Source: the human T2T-CHM13v2.0 reference genome, Homo sapiens. From it: a DNA stretch of 64,000 bases. The stretch lies in the NCBI RefSeq assembly GCF_009914755.1, contig NC_060938.1. The stretch is one strand, 5' to 3'. A model generated the notes under the pieces. The model was not told the origin of the DNA. It saw only the letters and a program-made list of their open reading frames with translations, and ran no database searches. This document shows, one piece after another, positions 45,601 to 59,200 of the stretch (its first letter is position 1; each line of letters starts with the position of its first letter). A program made the position numbers and the translations under genes.

Positions 45601-48600
45601 CCATTCCAATCCATTCCACTCCACTCCATAACATTAAGCCCCACTCCACTCCACTCCAATCCATTCCATTCCACCACACTCCACCCCATTCCATTCCACT
45701 CGATTCCACTCCACTGCACTCCATTCCACCCCAATCCACTCCATTCCAGTCCACTCCACTCCCCTCCATTCCACTCCACACCAATCCATTCCACTCCATT
45801 TCACTCCACTCCACTGCAATCCACTCGAAACCATCCCATTCCACTCCTTTCTTTCCAGAGGATCTCCCTCTGTCACACAGTCTGTAGCACAGTGACACGA
45901 TCTCACCAGCGATTCCATTCCGTTCCATTCCATTCCATTCCATTCCATTCCAGTCAAATCCACTCCATGACACTACATTCCTTTGCATCCATTTCCATTC
46001 GACTCCATTCCACTCCACTCCACTCCATTCAATTCCACTCCACTCCACTCCATTTAATTCCACTTCACTTCACTACATCCACTCCTCTTCACTCTATTCC
46101 ACTCCACGCCACTGCATTCCACTCCACTCCACTCTATTCCTTTCCACTCCACTCCATTCCATTCCACTCCACTCCATTCCATTCCATTCCAGTCCAGTCC
46201 ATTCCACTCCATTCCACTAAATTTCACTCCACTTTATGCCATTCCATTCCACTGCAATCCATTGCACGCCTCTCCACTCCTCTGCACTCCATTCCACTCC
46301 ATTCCACTCCACTTCTTTCAACTCCACTCATCTCCATTCCAATACATTCCATTCCATTCCACTGCACTCCACTCCACTGAATTCCACTGCACTCCACTCC
46401 ACTGAATTCCACTCCACTGCACTCCTCCTTTCCACTCCATTCCATTCCATTCCACTCCACTACACTCAACACCACTGCATTCCATTCCACTGCAGGCCAT
46501 TGAATTCCATTCCATTCCACCCAACTCCAATGCACTCCAGTCCACTCCACTCAATTCCACTCCACTCCAATCCACTACACTCCATTCTACTCCATGCCTT
46601 TCCATTCCTCCCCATTCCATTCCATTGCTTTCTGGTAAATTGCACTCAACTCCTTTCCACTCCATTTCACTCCACTCCATTCCATTCCACTCAACTGCAC
46701 TTCAATACGCTCCACTCCATTCCATTCCACCACACTCCACTCCATTCCATTCCTTTACCATTCATTCCATTCCATTTCACTCCAATCAATTCCATTCCAT
46801 TCCACTCAACTCCAATCCACTCCACTTCTTCCCATTCGAATTCTTTCTTTCGACAGGATCTCCCTTTATCACACAGGTTGTAGCGCAGTGGCACAATCTC
46901 AGCACCAATTCGATTCCATTCCATTTCACTCAGTTCCATTCCATTCCATTCAAGTCCACTGAACTCCACTCCACGCAACTCCATTCCATGCCAGACCACT
47001 ACATTCCATTCCATTCCATTCCACTCCACTCCATTCCACTGCTCTCCACCCCACTCCACTCCAATCCATTCCACTCCACTCCATTCCATTCCACTCCACT
47101 CCATTATATTAATCTCCAATTCCACTCCACTCCACTCCACTACACTGCACTCCTTCCCATTCCACTCCTTTCTTTCGACAGGTTCCCCTACTGTCACACA
47201 GGCTTTAGTGCAGTGGCACAATCTAAGTATCCATTTCATTCCATTCCATTCCATTCAACACCAATTCACTCCACTCCACTCTACTGTATTCCATTGTACT
47301 CCACTCCACTCCATTCCATGCCACTCCAGTCAACTCCATTCCACTCCACTCAACTCCATTCCAGTCGACTCCAGTCCATTCCACTCCGTTCCAGTGAATT
47401 CTACCCTACTCCATTCTATTCCACTCCACTATATTGTATTCCACCACACTCCATTGCACTCCACTCCATTCCATTTCACTCCACTCCACTGCACTCCGTA
47501 ACATTCCACTCCACCCCACTCCACTCCATTCCATTCCACTACACTCCATTCCACTCCACTCAACTCCATTCCAGTCGACTCCAGTCCATTGCACTCCATT
47601 CCAGTAAATTCCACTACACTCACTTCTATTCCACTGCACTCCACTGCATTCCACCACACTCCATTACACTCCACTCCACTCCCCTCCACTCTATTCCAAT
47701 CTACTCCTCTCCGTTCGACTCCATTTCTTTCCATTCCATTCCACTCAATTCCGTTCAATTCCACTCCAGTCCATTTCACCCAACTCCAGTCCATTCCACT
47801 CCACTCCATCCCATTCCACTCCTCTCCATTCCATTCCATTCCACTCAACTCTAATCCATTAAAATCCACTCCACGCCATTCCACATCACTCCACTCCTCT
47901 CCACTCCATTCCACTCCATTCCACTCTACTCAATCCCATTATACTCCTTTCTCTCAACAGGATCTCTCTCTATCACACAGGCAGTAACTTAGTGGCGTGA
48001 TTACAGCAGACATTTCGTACCGTTTATTCCATTCCATTCCATTCCATTCCATTCCATTCCATTCCATTCCATTCCGTTCCATTCCGTTCCATTCCATTCC
48101 ATTCCATTCCATTCTGTTCCATTCCATTCCTTTCCACTCCACTCAACTCCCCTCCACTATATTCCATTACATCTGATTCCATTCCACTCAATTCGGCTCC
48201 ACTCAACTTCACTGCACTCCATTCCACTCCATTCCACTCCATTCCTTTCCACTCCACCCCACTCAACTCCACTCCATTCCATTCCATTGCATTCCATTTC
48301 ATGGCACTCCACTCCACTCCACTCAATTCTACTCCACATCAATCTACTTAATTAGATTCCATTTCATTCCACTCTAGTCCACATCACACATCTCCATTCC
48401 ATTCTACTCCACTCCATTCCATTCCAGTTCATTCCACTCCACTCCATTCCACTTCACTCCACTCCACTGCACTCCACTCCACTTCATTCCATTCCAATCC
48501 ATTCCATTCCACTCCACTCCACTCCTTTCCATTCCATTCCATTCCATTCCATTCCAATCCATTCCATTCCACTCCACTCCACTCCTTTCCATTCCATTCC

Positions 48601-49116
48601 ATTCCATTCCATTGCACTGCATTCCACTCCACCACTCTCCATTCAGTTCGATTCCATTCCATTACATTTCACTCCACTCTCCTCCACACCAATTCATTCA
48701 ATTCCACTCCACTTCATTCCATTCCATTCCATTCCATTCCATTCCATTCCATTCCATTTCATTCCATTCCTTTCCACTCTACTTCACTCCACTACAGTGC
48801 ACTCCAATCCACTCCATTCCACTCCACTCCACTCCATTCTACTCCAATCCACTCCAGTGCACTACAACGCATTCCACCCATTTCATTAGACAGGATCCCC
48901 CTCTGTCACACAGGCTGTAGTGCAGTGGCACAATCTCAGCACCCATTCCACTCCACACCTTTCCATTCCATTCCAGTGCATTCCATTCCATTCCACACCA
49001 TACCATTCCATTTCTTTTCAGTCCACTGCACTCCACTCGATTCCATCCCACTCAATTCCAGTCCTTTACACTACAATCCAATCCATTCCACTCAAATCCA
49101 TTCTACTCCACTGCAC
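12672..49116 (+). repeat. Composite Satellite III: (CATTC/CACTC)n with a periodic ~60-bp antisense Alu 3'-end fragment
   Basis: Diverged CATTC and CACTC pentamers. The motif TTTC(T/G)ACAGGATCTCACTCTGTCACCCAGGCTGGAGTGCAGTGGCACAATCTCAGCTCAC recurs about 89 times (first ~12841, last ~48889), always in the same orientation. Confidence 0.95.
33240..33815 (+). repeat. Three near-identical ~190-bp tandem copies within the satellite
   Basis: Marker CTTATGTGAA at 33372, 33567 and 33757, each followed by CATGCCTTTCCTTTCC. Confidence 0.85.
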
Positions 49117-49123
49117 TTGGCTA

Positions 49124-50292
49124 CACCCGGGTGGAATGGAATGGAATGGAATGGAATGGAATGGGATGGAATGGAATGGAAAAGTATGGAATTCAATCAA
49201 CCCAAGTGGAATGGAATGGAATGCAATGGAAATGAATTGAAGAGAATGGAATGGAATGGAACGGAATGGAATGGAATCAATGTGAGTGGAATGGAATGGA
49301 ATGGTTGGAATACAATAGATTGAAATCGAACCAACACGAGTGGAATGGAATGGAATTGAATGGAATGCAATAGAATGGAATGGATTCCACTAGAGTGGAA
49401 TGGAATGGAATGGAGTGAAAAACAACAGAACGGATTTGAATCAACCCACGAGGAGTGGACTGGAATAGAATGGAATGGAATGGAACAGAATGGAATTCAA
49501 TCAACCCGAGTGGAATGGAATGGAATGGAATGGAATGGAATGGAATGGAATGGAATCAATCCAAGTGGAATGGAATGGAATGGAATGGAATGGAATGGAA
49601 TGGAATAGACTGGAATTGAATCCACCCGAGTGGAATGGAATGGAATAGAATAGAATGGTATGGAATGGAATGGAATGCAATGGAATGGGATGGAATGGAA
49701 TGGAATAGAATGGAATGGAATGCAATGGAATGGAATCAACCCGAGTGGTATTCAATGGAATGCAATGGAACGAAAGGGAATGGAGTGGAATGGAATGGAA
49801 TGGAATGGAATGGAATAGAATGGAAAGGAATGGAATCATCCCGAGTGGAATGGAATGGAATGAAATGAAATGGAATGGAATGGAATAGAATGGAATGGGG
49901 ATGGAATGGAATGGAATGGAATGGAATGGAATGGGATGGAATAGAATGGAATTGAATCAAACCCGAATGGAATGGAATTGAATGCAATGGAATGGAAGGG
50001 AATAGAATGGAATTGAATCAACCCGAGTAGAATGGAATGGAATGGAATGCAATGGAATGGGATGGAATGGATTAAAATGGAAATGAATCAACCCAAGTGG
50101 AATGGAATGGACTGGCATGGAATGGAACAGAATGGAATGGAATGGAATAGAATGTAATTGATTAAAACCGAGTGGAATGGAATGGAATGGTATGGAATGG
50201 AATGGAATGGAATGGAATGGAATGGAATGGAATGGAATGCAATGGAATGGAATAGAATTGAATCAACCCGAGGGGAATGGAATGAAATGGAA
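49124..50292 (-). repeat. Inverted block of classical Satellite III, (GGAAT)n with CAACCCGAGT motifs
   Basis: Strand switches to GGAAT at CACCCGGGTG (49124-49133) and back at AATGGAATTCCATT (50286-50299); no Alu fragments and few GGAGT units. Confidence 0.96.
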
Positions 50293-53200
50293 TTCCATTC
50301 CATTCCAATCGGGTAGATTCCATTCCATTCCGTTCGATTCGATCCGATTCCATTCCATTCCATTCAACTTGGGTTGATTTAACTCAGTTCTATTCCATTC
50401 CATTCCATTCGATTACATTCCATTCCATTCCAATCAGGTTGACTCAATTCCATTATATTCCATTCCAATCCATTCCATTCTATTCCACTCCATTCCATTC
50501 CACTCGGGTTGATTCAATTCCATTCTGTTCCATTCCATTTCAATCCATTCCATACCATTCCATTAAAATCGGGTTGCATCAATTCCATTCCATTCCATTC
50601 CATTCCATTCCATTCCATTCCACTCAGGTTGATTCAGTTCCATTCCATTCCATTCCATTCCATTCCATTCCATTCTATTCCATTCCAATCCGTTCCATTC
50701 CACTCGTGTGGATTCAACTACATTCCTTTCCATTTAATTCCATACCATTCCATTACACTCCATTCCTTTCCATTCAATTCCATTCCATTCGATAGCACTC
50801 CAGTTGATTCAATTCAATTCTATTCCACTCAATTCCATTCCATTCCATTCCACCCGGGTTGATAAAATTCTATTCTATTCCTTTCCATTTCATTCCATTC
50901 CATACCATTCCATTCCATTCCACTCGGGTTAATTCAATTCCATTCTGTTCCATTCCCTTCCAATCCATTCCATGCCATTCCATGCCATTCCATTGCATTC
51001 CACTCAGATTGATTCAATTCCATTCCAATCCATTCCATTCCATTCCATTTCATTCCATTACATTCTGCTCGTGTTCATTCAGTTCCATTCTATTCCATTC
51101 CATCCCATTCCATTCAATTCCATACCATTCCATTCGGTTTGATTCAATGCCATTCTATGCCATTCCATTCCATTCCATTCCATTCCATTCCATTCCATTC
51201 CATTCCATTCCGTTAAATTCCACTCGGGTTGATTCAATTCCATTCCATTCTATTCCATTCCATTCCATCCCATTCCATTCCATTCCATTCCATTCAATTC
51301 CGCTTGGGTTGATTCAATTCCATTCTATTCCATTCCATTCCATTCCATTCAAATCCATTACACACGGGTTGATTCAATTCCATTCTATTCCATTGCATTC
51401 CATTTAACTCCATTGCATTCCATTCCATTCCATGCCATTCCATTCCATTCCACTCGGATTGATTCAATTCCATTCTAATCCATTCCATTCCATTCCATTC
51501 CATTCCATTCCATTCCATACCATTCCATTCCGCTTGTGTTCACTCAATTCCATTCTATTGCATTCCATTCCATTCCATTCCATTCCATTCCATTCCATTC
51601 CATTCCATTCCATTCGGGTTAATTCAATTCCATTCTATGCCATTCCATTCCATTCCATTCCACTCCAATCCTTTCCATTCCGCTCGGGTTGATTCAATTC
51701 CATTCTATTCCATTCCATTGCATTCCATTCTACTCGGGTCGATACCATTACTTTCCTTTCCATTCCATTCCATTCCATTCCATGCCATTCCATTCCATTA
51801 CACTCCATTCCCTTCCTTTCCATTCCAATCCGATGAATTCCACCCGGGTTGATTCATTTCCATTCCATTCCATTCCATTCCATTCCATTCCATTCCATTC
51901 CATTCCATTCCATTCCATTCCTTTCCACTCTGGTTGTTTCAATTCCATTCTATTAAATTCCATTCAATTCATTCCATTCCATTCCAATCCATTCCATTCC
52001 ACAAGGGTTGATTCAACTCCATTCTATTCCATTGCATTCCATTTACCTCCATTCCATTCCATTCCATTCCATTCCACTCGGGTTGATTCCATTCAATTCT
52101 ATTCCATTCCATTCCATTCCAATCGAGCAGTTTCAATTCCATTCTACACCACTCCATTCCATTTCATTCCATTCCATTCCATTCCATTCTATTCCACTCT
52201 GGGTGACTCAATTCCATTATATTCTATTCCATTCCATTTAATTCCATTCGTCTCAAGTTGATTCGATTCCCTTCTGTTGCATTCCATTCCAATCCATTCC
52301 ATTCCATTCCAATCCACTCGGGTTGACTAAATACCATTATATTCTATTCGATTCCATTCCATTCCATTCCATTCCATTTCATTCCATTCCATTCCATTTC
52401 ATTCCAAACCATTCCATTCCATTCCTTTCCATTCCATTCAATTCCATTCCATTCCATTCCATACCATTCCATTCCATTCCATACCATTCCATTCCATTCC
52501 ACTCGGTTTAAATGAATTCCAGTCTATTCCATTCCATTCCATTCCATTCCATTCCATTCCATTCCATTCCACTCGGGTTGATTCAATTCCATTCTAATAC
52601 ATTCCATTCCACTCCATTCCATTCCATTCCGCTCGTGTTCATTCAATTCCATTCTATTCCATTCCATTCCATTCCATTCCATTCCATTCCATTCCATTCC
52701 ATTCCATTCCATTTGGGTTGATTCAATTCCATTCTATACCATTCCATTCCATTCCATTCCATTCCATTACGTTCAATTCTGCTCGAGTTGATTCAATTCC
52801 ATTCTATTCCTTTCCATTCCATTCCATTCTACTCTGGTGGGTTCCATTACTTTAATTTCCATTCCATTCCATTCCATTCCATTCCATTCCATTCCATTCC
52901 ACTGAATTCCCTTCCTTTCCATTCCATTCCATTTAATTCCACTTGGGATGATTCATTTCCATTGAATTCCATTCCATTCCATTCCTTTCCCCTCGGGTTG
53001 ATTCAATTCCAATCTACTCCATTCCATTCCATTCCTTTCCATTCCATTCCATTCCATTCCATTACTCACGGGTTGATTCAATTCCATTCTATTCCATTAC
53101 ATTCCATTTAACTCCATTCCATTCCATGCCATTCCATTCCATTCCATCCCATTCCATTCCATTCCGCTCGCATTGATTCAATTCCATTCTAATCCATTCC

Positions 53201-56200
53201 ATTCCATTCCATTCCATTCCATTCCATTCCATTCCATTCTGCTCGTGTTCATTCAACTCCATTCTTTTCCATTCAATTCCATTCCATTCCATTCCATTCC
53301 ATTCCATTCCATTCCATTCGGGTTGATTCAATTCCATTCTCTTCCATTCCATTCCATTCCATTCCATTCCATTCCATTCCATTCCATTCGGGTTGATTCA
53401 ATTCCATTCTCTTCCATTCCGTTCCATTCCTTTCCATTCCATTCCGTTCCATTCCATTCCGTTCCATTCCACTCGGGTTGATTCAATTCCATTCTATTCC
53501 ATGCCATTCCACTCCATTCCATTCCATTCCATTCCATTCCATTCTACTCGGGTATATTCAATTGCATTCTGTTGTATTCCATTCCATTCCATTCCATTCC
53601 ATTCCATTCCACTCCATTCCACTCATGTTAATGCAATTCATTTCTATTCCATTCCATTACATTACATTCCAATCCACTCTATTCCATTCGGTTTGATTCC
53701 ATTCCATTCTATTCAATTACATTCCTTTCCTTTCCATACCATTCCATTCCATTGCATTCCACTTGGGTTTATTCAGTTGCATTCTATTCCATTCCATTCC
53801 ATTCCATTCCATTCCATTCCATTCCATTCCATTCCATTCCATTCCATTCCATTCGGGTTGATTCCATTCAATTCTATTCCATTCCATTAAATTCCAATCG
53901 AGCAGTTTCAATTCCATTCTATACCTCTCCATTCCATTTCATTCAATTCCATTCCTTTCCATTCTATTCCACTCTGGGTGACTCAATTCCATTATATTGT
54001 ATTCCATTCCATTCAATTACATTCCTCTCAGGTTGATTCGATTCTGTTGTTTTCCATTCTATTCCATTCCATTCCATTCCACTCGGGTTGATTAAATACC
54101 ATTATATTCCATTCGATTCTATTCCATTCCATTCCATTCCATTCCATTCCATACCATTCCATTCCATTCCACTCGGTTTAAATGAATTCCAGTCTTTCCA
54201 TTCCATTCCATTCCATTCCATTCTACTCGGGTATATTCAATTGCATTCTGTTGTATTCCATTCCATTCCATTCCATTCCATTCCATTCCATTCCATTCCA
54301 CTCCATTCCACTCATGTTAATGCAATTCATTTCTATTCCATTCCATTACATTACATTCCATTCCACTCTATTCCATTCGGTTTGATTCCATTCCATTCTA
54401 TTCAATTACATTCCTTTCCTTTCCATACCATTCCATTCCATTGCATTCCACTTGGGTTTATTCAGTTGCATTCTATTCCATTCCATTCCATTCCATTCCA
54501 TTCCATTCCATTCCATTCCATTCCATTCGGGTTGATTCCATTCAATTCTATTCCATTCCATTCCATTCCATTCCAACCGAGCAGGTTCAATTCCATTCTA
54601 TACCACTCCATTCCATTTCGTTCCATTCCATTCCATTCCATTCTTTTCCACTCTGGGTGACTCAATTCCATTATGCTCTATTCCATTCCATTCAATTCCA
54701 TTCTTCTCAGGTTGATTCGATTCCGTTGTTTTCCATTCCATTCCATTCCATTCCATTCCAATCCACTAGGGTTGATTAAATACCATTATATTCCATTCGA
54801 TTCCATTCCATTCCATTCCATTCCATTTCATTCCATACCATTCCATTCCATTCCATACCATTCCATTCCATTCCACTCGGGTTGATTCAATTCCATTCTA
54901 TTCCATGCCGTTCCATTCCATTCCATTCCATTCCATTCCATTCCATTCCATTCCATTCCGTTCCATTCCATTCCATTACACTCGGGTTGATTCCCTTCCA
55001 TTCCATTCCATTCCATTCCATTCCATTCCATTCCATTCCACTGCATTCCCTTCCTTTCCATTTCATTTCATTGAATTCCACTCGGGTTGATTCAATTTCA
55101 TTCTATTCCATTCCATTGCATTCCATTCCATTCCATTCCATTCCATTCTATTCCATTCCATTCCATTCCACTCGGGTTGATTCCCTTCCATTCCATTCCC
55201 TTTCATTCCATTCCATTCCATTCCTTACCATTCCACACAGGTTAATTCAATTCAATTCTATTGCATTCGATTCCATTCCATTGCATTTCATTCTATTCCA
55301 CTCGGGTTGATTCAATTCCATTCTATTGCATTTCACTACATTGCATTCCATTCCATTCCATTCCACCCCATAGCATTCTATTCCACTGCATTCCATTCGG
55401 GTTGATTCCATTCCATTCCATTCCATTCCATTCCATTCCATTCCATTCCTTTGCTTTCCATTCCATTGCATTCCATTCCACTCGGGTTCTTTCAATTCCA
55501 TTGTATTGAATTCCATTCCTTTCCATTCCATTCTATTCCATTCCAATCCATTCCATTCCAATCCATGCCATGCCATTCCATTCCATTGCATTCCACTCGG
55601 GTTGATTCAGTTCCATTCTATTCCATTCCATGCCATTCCATTACATTCCACTCGGATTGATTCAATTCCATTCTAATCCATTCCATTCCATTCCATTCCA
55701 TTCCATTCCATTCCATTCCATTCCGCTCTTGTTCATTCAATTCCATTCTATTCCATTCCATTCCATTCTATTCCATTCCATTCCATTCCATTCCATTCCA
55801 TTCCATTCCATTCCATTCGGGTTGATTCAATTCCATTCTATGCCATTCCATTCCATTCCAATCCATTCCATTCCGCTCGGCGTGATTCAATTCCATTCTA
55901 TTCCATTCCATTCCATTCTACTCGGGTAGATTCCATTAGTTTCCTTTCCATTCGATTCGATTCCATTCCATTCCATTCCATTCCCTTCCATTCCATTCCA
56001 TCCCTTTGCTTTCCATTCCATTCCGTTCCATTCCACTCGGGTTGATTCAATTCCATTGTATTGAATTCCATTCCATTCCATTCCATTCCATTCCATTCCA
56101 TTCCATTCCATTCCTTTCCATTACATTCCATTCCATGCCATTCCATTCCATTGCATTCCACTCGGGTTGATTCAGTTCCATTCTATTCCATTCCATGCCA

Positions 56201-59200
56201 TTCCATTCCATTCCACTCGGATTGATTCAATTCCATTCTAATCCATTCCATTCCATTCCATTCCATTCCATTCCATTCCATTCCATTCCATTCCGCTCGT
56301 GTTCATTCAATTCCATTCTATTCCATTCCATTCCATTCCATTCCATTCCATTTCATTCCATTAGGGTTGATTCAATTCCATTCTATGCCATTCCATTCCA
56401 TTCCATTCCATTCCGCTCGGGTTGATTCAATTCCCTTCTATTCCATTCCATTCCATTATACTCGGTTAGATTCCATTACTTTCCTTTCCATTCGATTCGA
56501 TTCCATTCCATTCCATTCCATTCCATTCCATTCCATTCCATTCCACTCCATTCCCTTCCTTTCCATTCCATTCCAATGAATTCCACTCGGGTTGATTCAT
56601 TTCCATTCAATTCCATTCCATTCCATTCAATTCCTTTCCACTCCGGTTGATTCAATTACATTCTATTCCATTCCATTCCATTCCATTCCATTCCATTCCA
56701 ATCCTTTCCATTCCACACGCGTTGATTCGATTCCATTCTATTCCATTGAATTCCTTTTACCTCTACTGCATTCCATTCCATTCCATTCCATTCCATTCCA
56801 TTCCATTCCATTCCATTCCTTTCCATTCCATTCCACTCGGGTTGATCCCATTCATTTCTATTCCATTCCATTCCATTCCATTCCATTCCAATCAAGTAGT
56901 TTCAAATCCATTCTATACCAGTCCATTCCATTTCATTCCATTCCATTCCATTCCATTCTATTCCACTCCAGTTGACTCAATTCCATTATACTCTATTCCA
57001 TTCCATTCAATTCAATTATATTCCTCTCGGGTGGATTCGATTCCATTCTGTTCCATTCCATTCCATTCCGATCTACTCGGGTTGATTAAATACCATTATA
57101 TTCCATTCCATTCCATTCCATACCATTCCATTCTACTCCATACCATTCCATTCCGCTGATATTCACTCAATTACATTCTATTGCATTCCATTCCATTCCT
57201 TTCCATTCCATTCCATTCCATTCGGGTTAATTCAATTCCATTCTATGCCATTCCATTCCATTCCATTCCATTCCACTCCGTTAAATTCCACTCGGGTTGA
57301 TTCAATTCCATTCTATGCCATTCCATTCCATTCCATTCAATTCCATAACACACGGGTGGATTCAATTCCATTCTATTCCACTGCATTCCATTTAACTCCA
57401 TTCCATTCCATTCCATTCCATGCCATTCCATTCCATTCCATTCTGATTGATTCAATTCCATTCTAATCCATTCCATTCCATTCCATTCCATTCCATACCA
57501 TTCCATTCCACTCGTGTTCACTCAATTCCATTCTATTGCATTCCATTCCATTCCATTCCACTCCATTCGGGTTAATTCAATTCCATTCTATGCCATTCCA
57601 TTCCATTCCATTCCATTCCATTCCATTCCTTTCCATTACTGCTCGGGTGGTTTCAATTCCATTCTATTCCATTCAATTGCATTCCATTCTACTCGGGTCG
57701 ATTCCATTACTTTCCTTTCCATTCTATTCCATTCCATTCCATTCCATGCCATGCCATTCCATTACAATCCATTCCCTTCCTTTCCATTCCATTCCAATGA
57801 ATTCCACTCGGGTGGATTCATTTCCATTCCATTCCATTCCATTCCATTCCATTCCATTCCTTTCCACTCCGGTTGATTCAATTCCATTCTTTTCCATTCC
57901 ATTCCATTCATTCCATTCCAATCCAATCCATTCCATTCCACACGGGTAGATTCAATTCCATTCTATTCCATTGCATTCCATTTACCTCCATTCCATTCCA
58001 TTACATTCTATTCAATTCCATTCGATTCCATTCCATTCCATTCCATTCCTTTCCACTCGGGTTGATTCCATTCAATTGTATTCCATTCCATTCCATTCCA
58101 ATCGAGCAGTTTCAATTCCATTCTATACCACTCCATTCCATTTCATTCCATTCCATTCCATTCCATTCCATTCCATTCTATTCCAATCTGGGTGACTCAA
58201 TTCCATTATATTCTATTCCATTCCATTCAATTCCATTCCTCTCAGGTTGATTCGATTCCGTTGTGTTCCATTCCATTCCATTCCATTCCATTCCAATCCT
58301 CTCGGGTTGATTAAATACCATTATATTCCATTCGATTCCATTCCATTCCATTCCATTCCATTCCATTCCATACCATTCCATTCCATTCCATACCATTCCA
58401 TTCCATTCCACTCGGTTTAAATGAATTCCAGCCTATTCCATTCCATTCCATTCCATTCCATGCCATTCCATTCCAGTCCACTAGGGTTGATTCAATTCCA
58501 TTCTAATACATTGCATTCCATTCCGTTCCATTCCATTCCGCTCGTGTTCATTCCATTCCATTCCATTCCATTCCATTCCATTCCATTCCATTCGGGGTGA
58601 TTCAATTCCATTCTATACCATTCCATTCCATTCCATTCCATTTCGTTCAATTCCGATCGAGTTGATTCAATTCCATTCTATTCCATTCCATTCCATTCCA
58701 TTCTACTCTGGTGGGTTCCATGACTTTCCTTTCCATTCGATTCCATTCCATTCCATTCCATTCCATTCCATTCCATTCCATTCCATTCTATTCCTTTCCA
58801 TTCCATTCCATTCTACTCTGGTGGTCTCCATTACTTTCCTTTCCATTCGATTCTATTCCATTCCATTCCATTCCATTCCATTCCATTTCGTTCAATTCCG
58901 CCCGAGTTGATTCAATTCCATTCTATTCCATTCCATTCCATTCCATTCTACTCTGGTGAGTTCCATTACTTTTCTTTCCATTCGATTCGATTCCATTCCA
59001 TTACACTCCATTCCATTCCATTCCATTCCATTCCATTCTACTCGGGTATATTCAATTGCATTCTGTTGTATTCCATTCCATTCCATTCCATTCCATTCCA
59101 TTCCATTCCACTCCATTCCACTCATGTTAATGCAATTCATTTCTATTCCATTCCATTACATTACATTACATTCCACTCTATTCCATTCGGTTTGATTCCA

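Noticed and set aside
12841-48945. CRISPR-like repeat-spacer appearance
   Set aside because: The repeat is Alu-derived, the spacers are low-complexity satellite of 100-900 bp, there are no cas genes, and the DNA is primate.
50281-50300. Heat-shock element created at the inversion junction
   Set aside because: GAA and TTC abut directly (GAATTC) instead of the nGAAnnTTCn spacing required.
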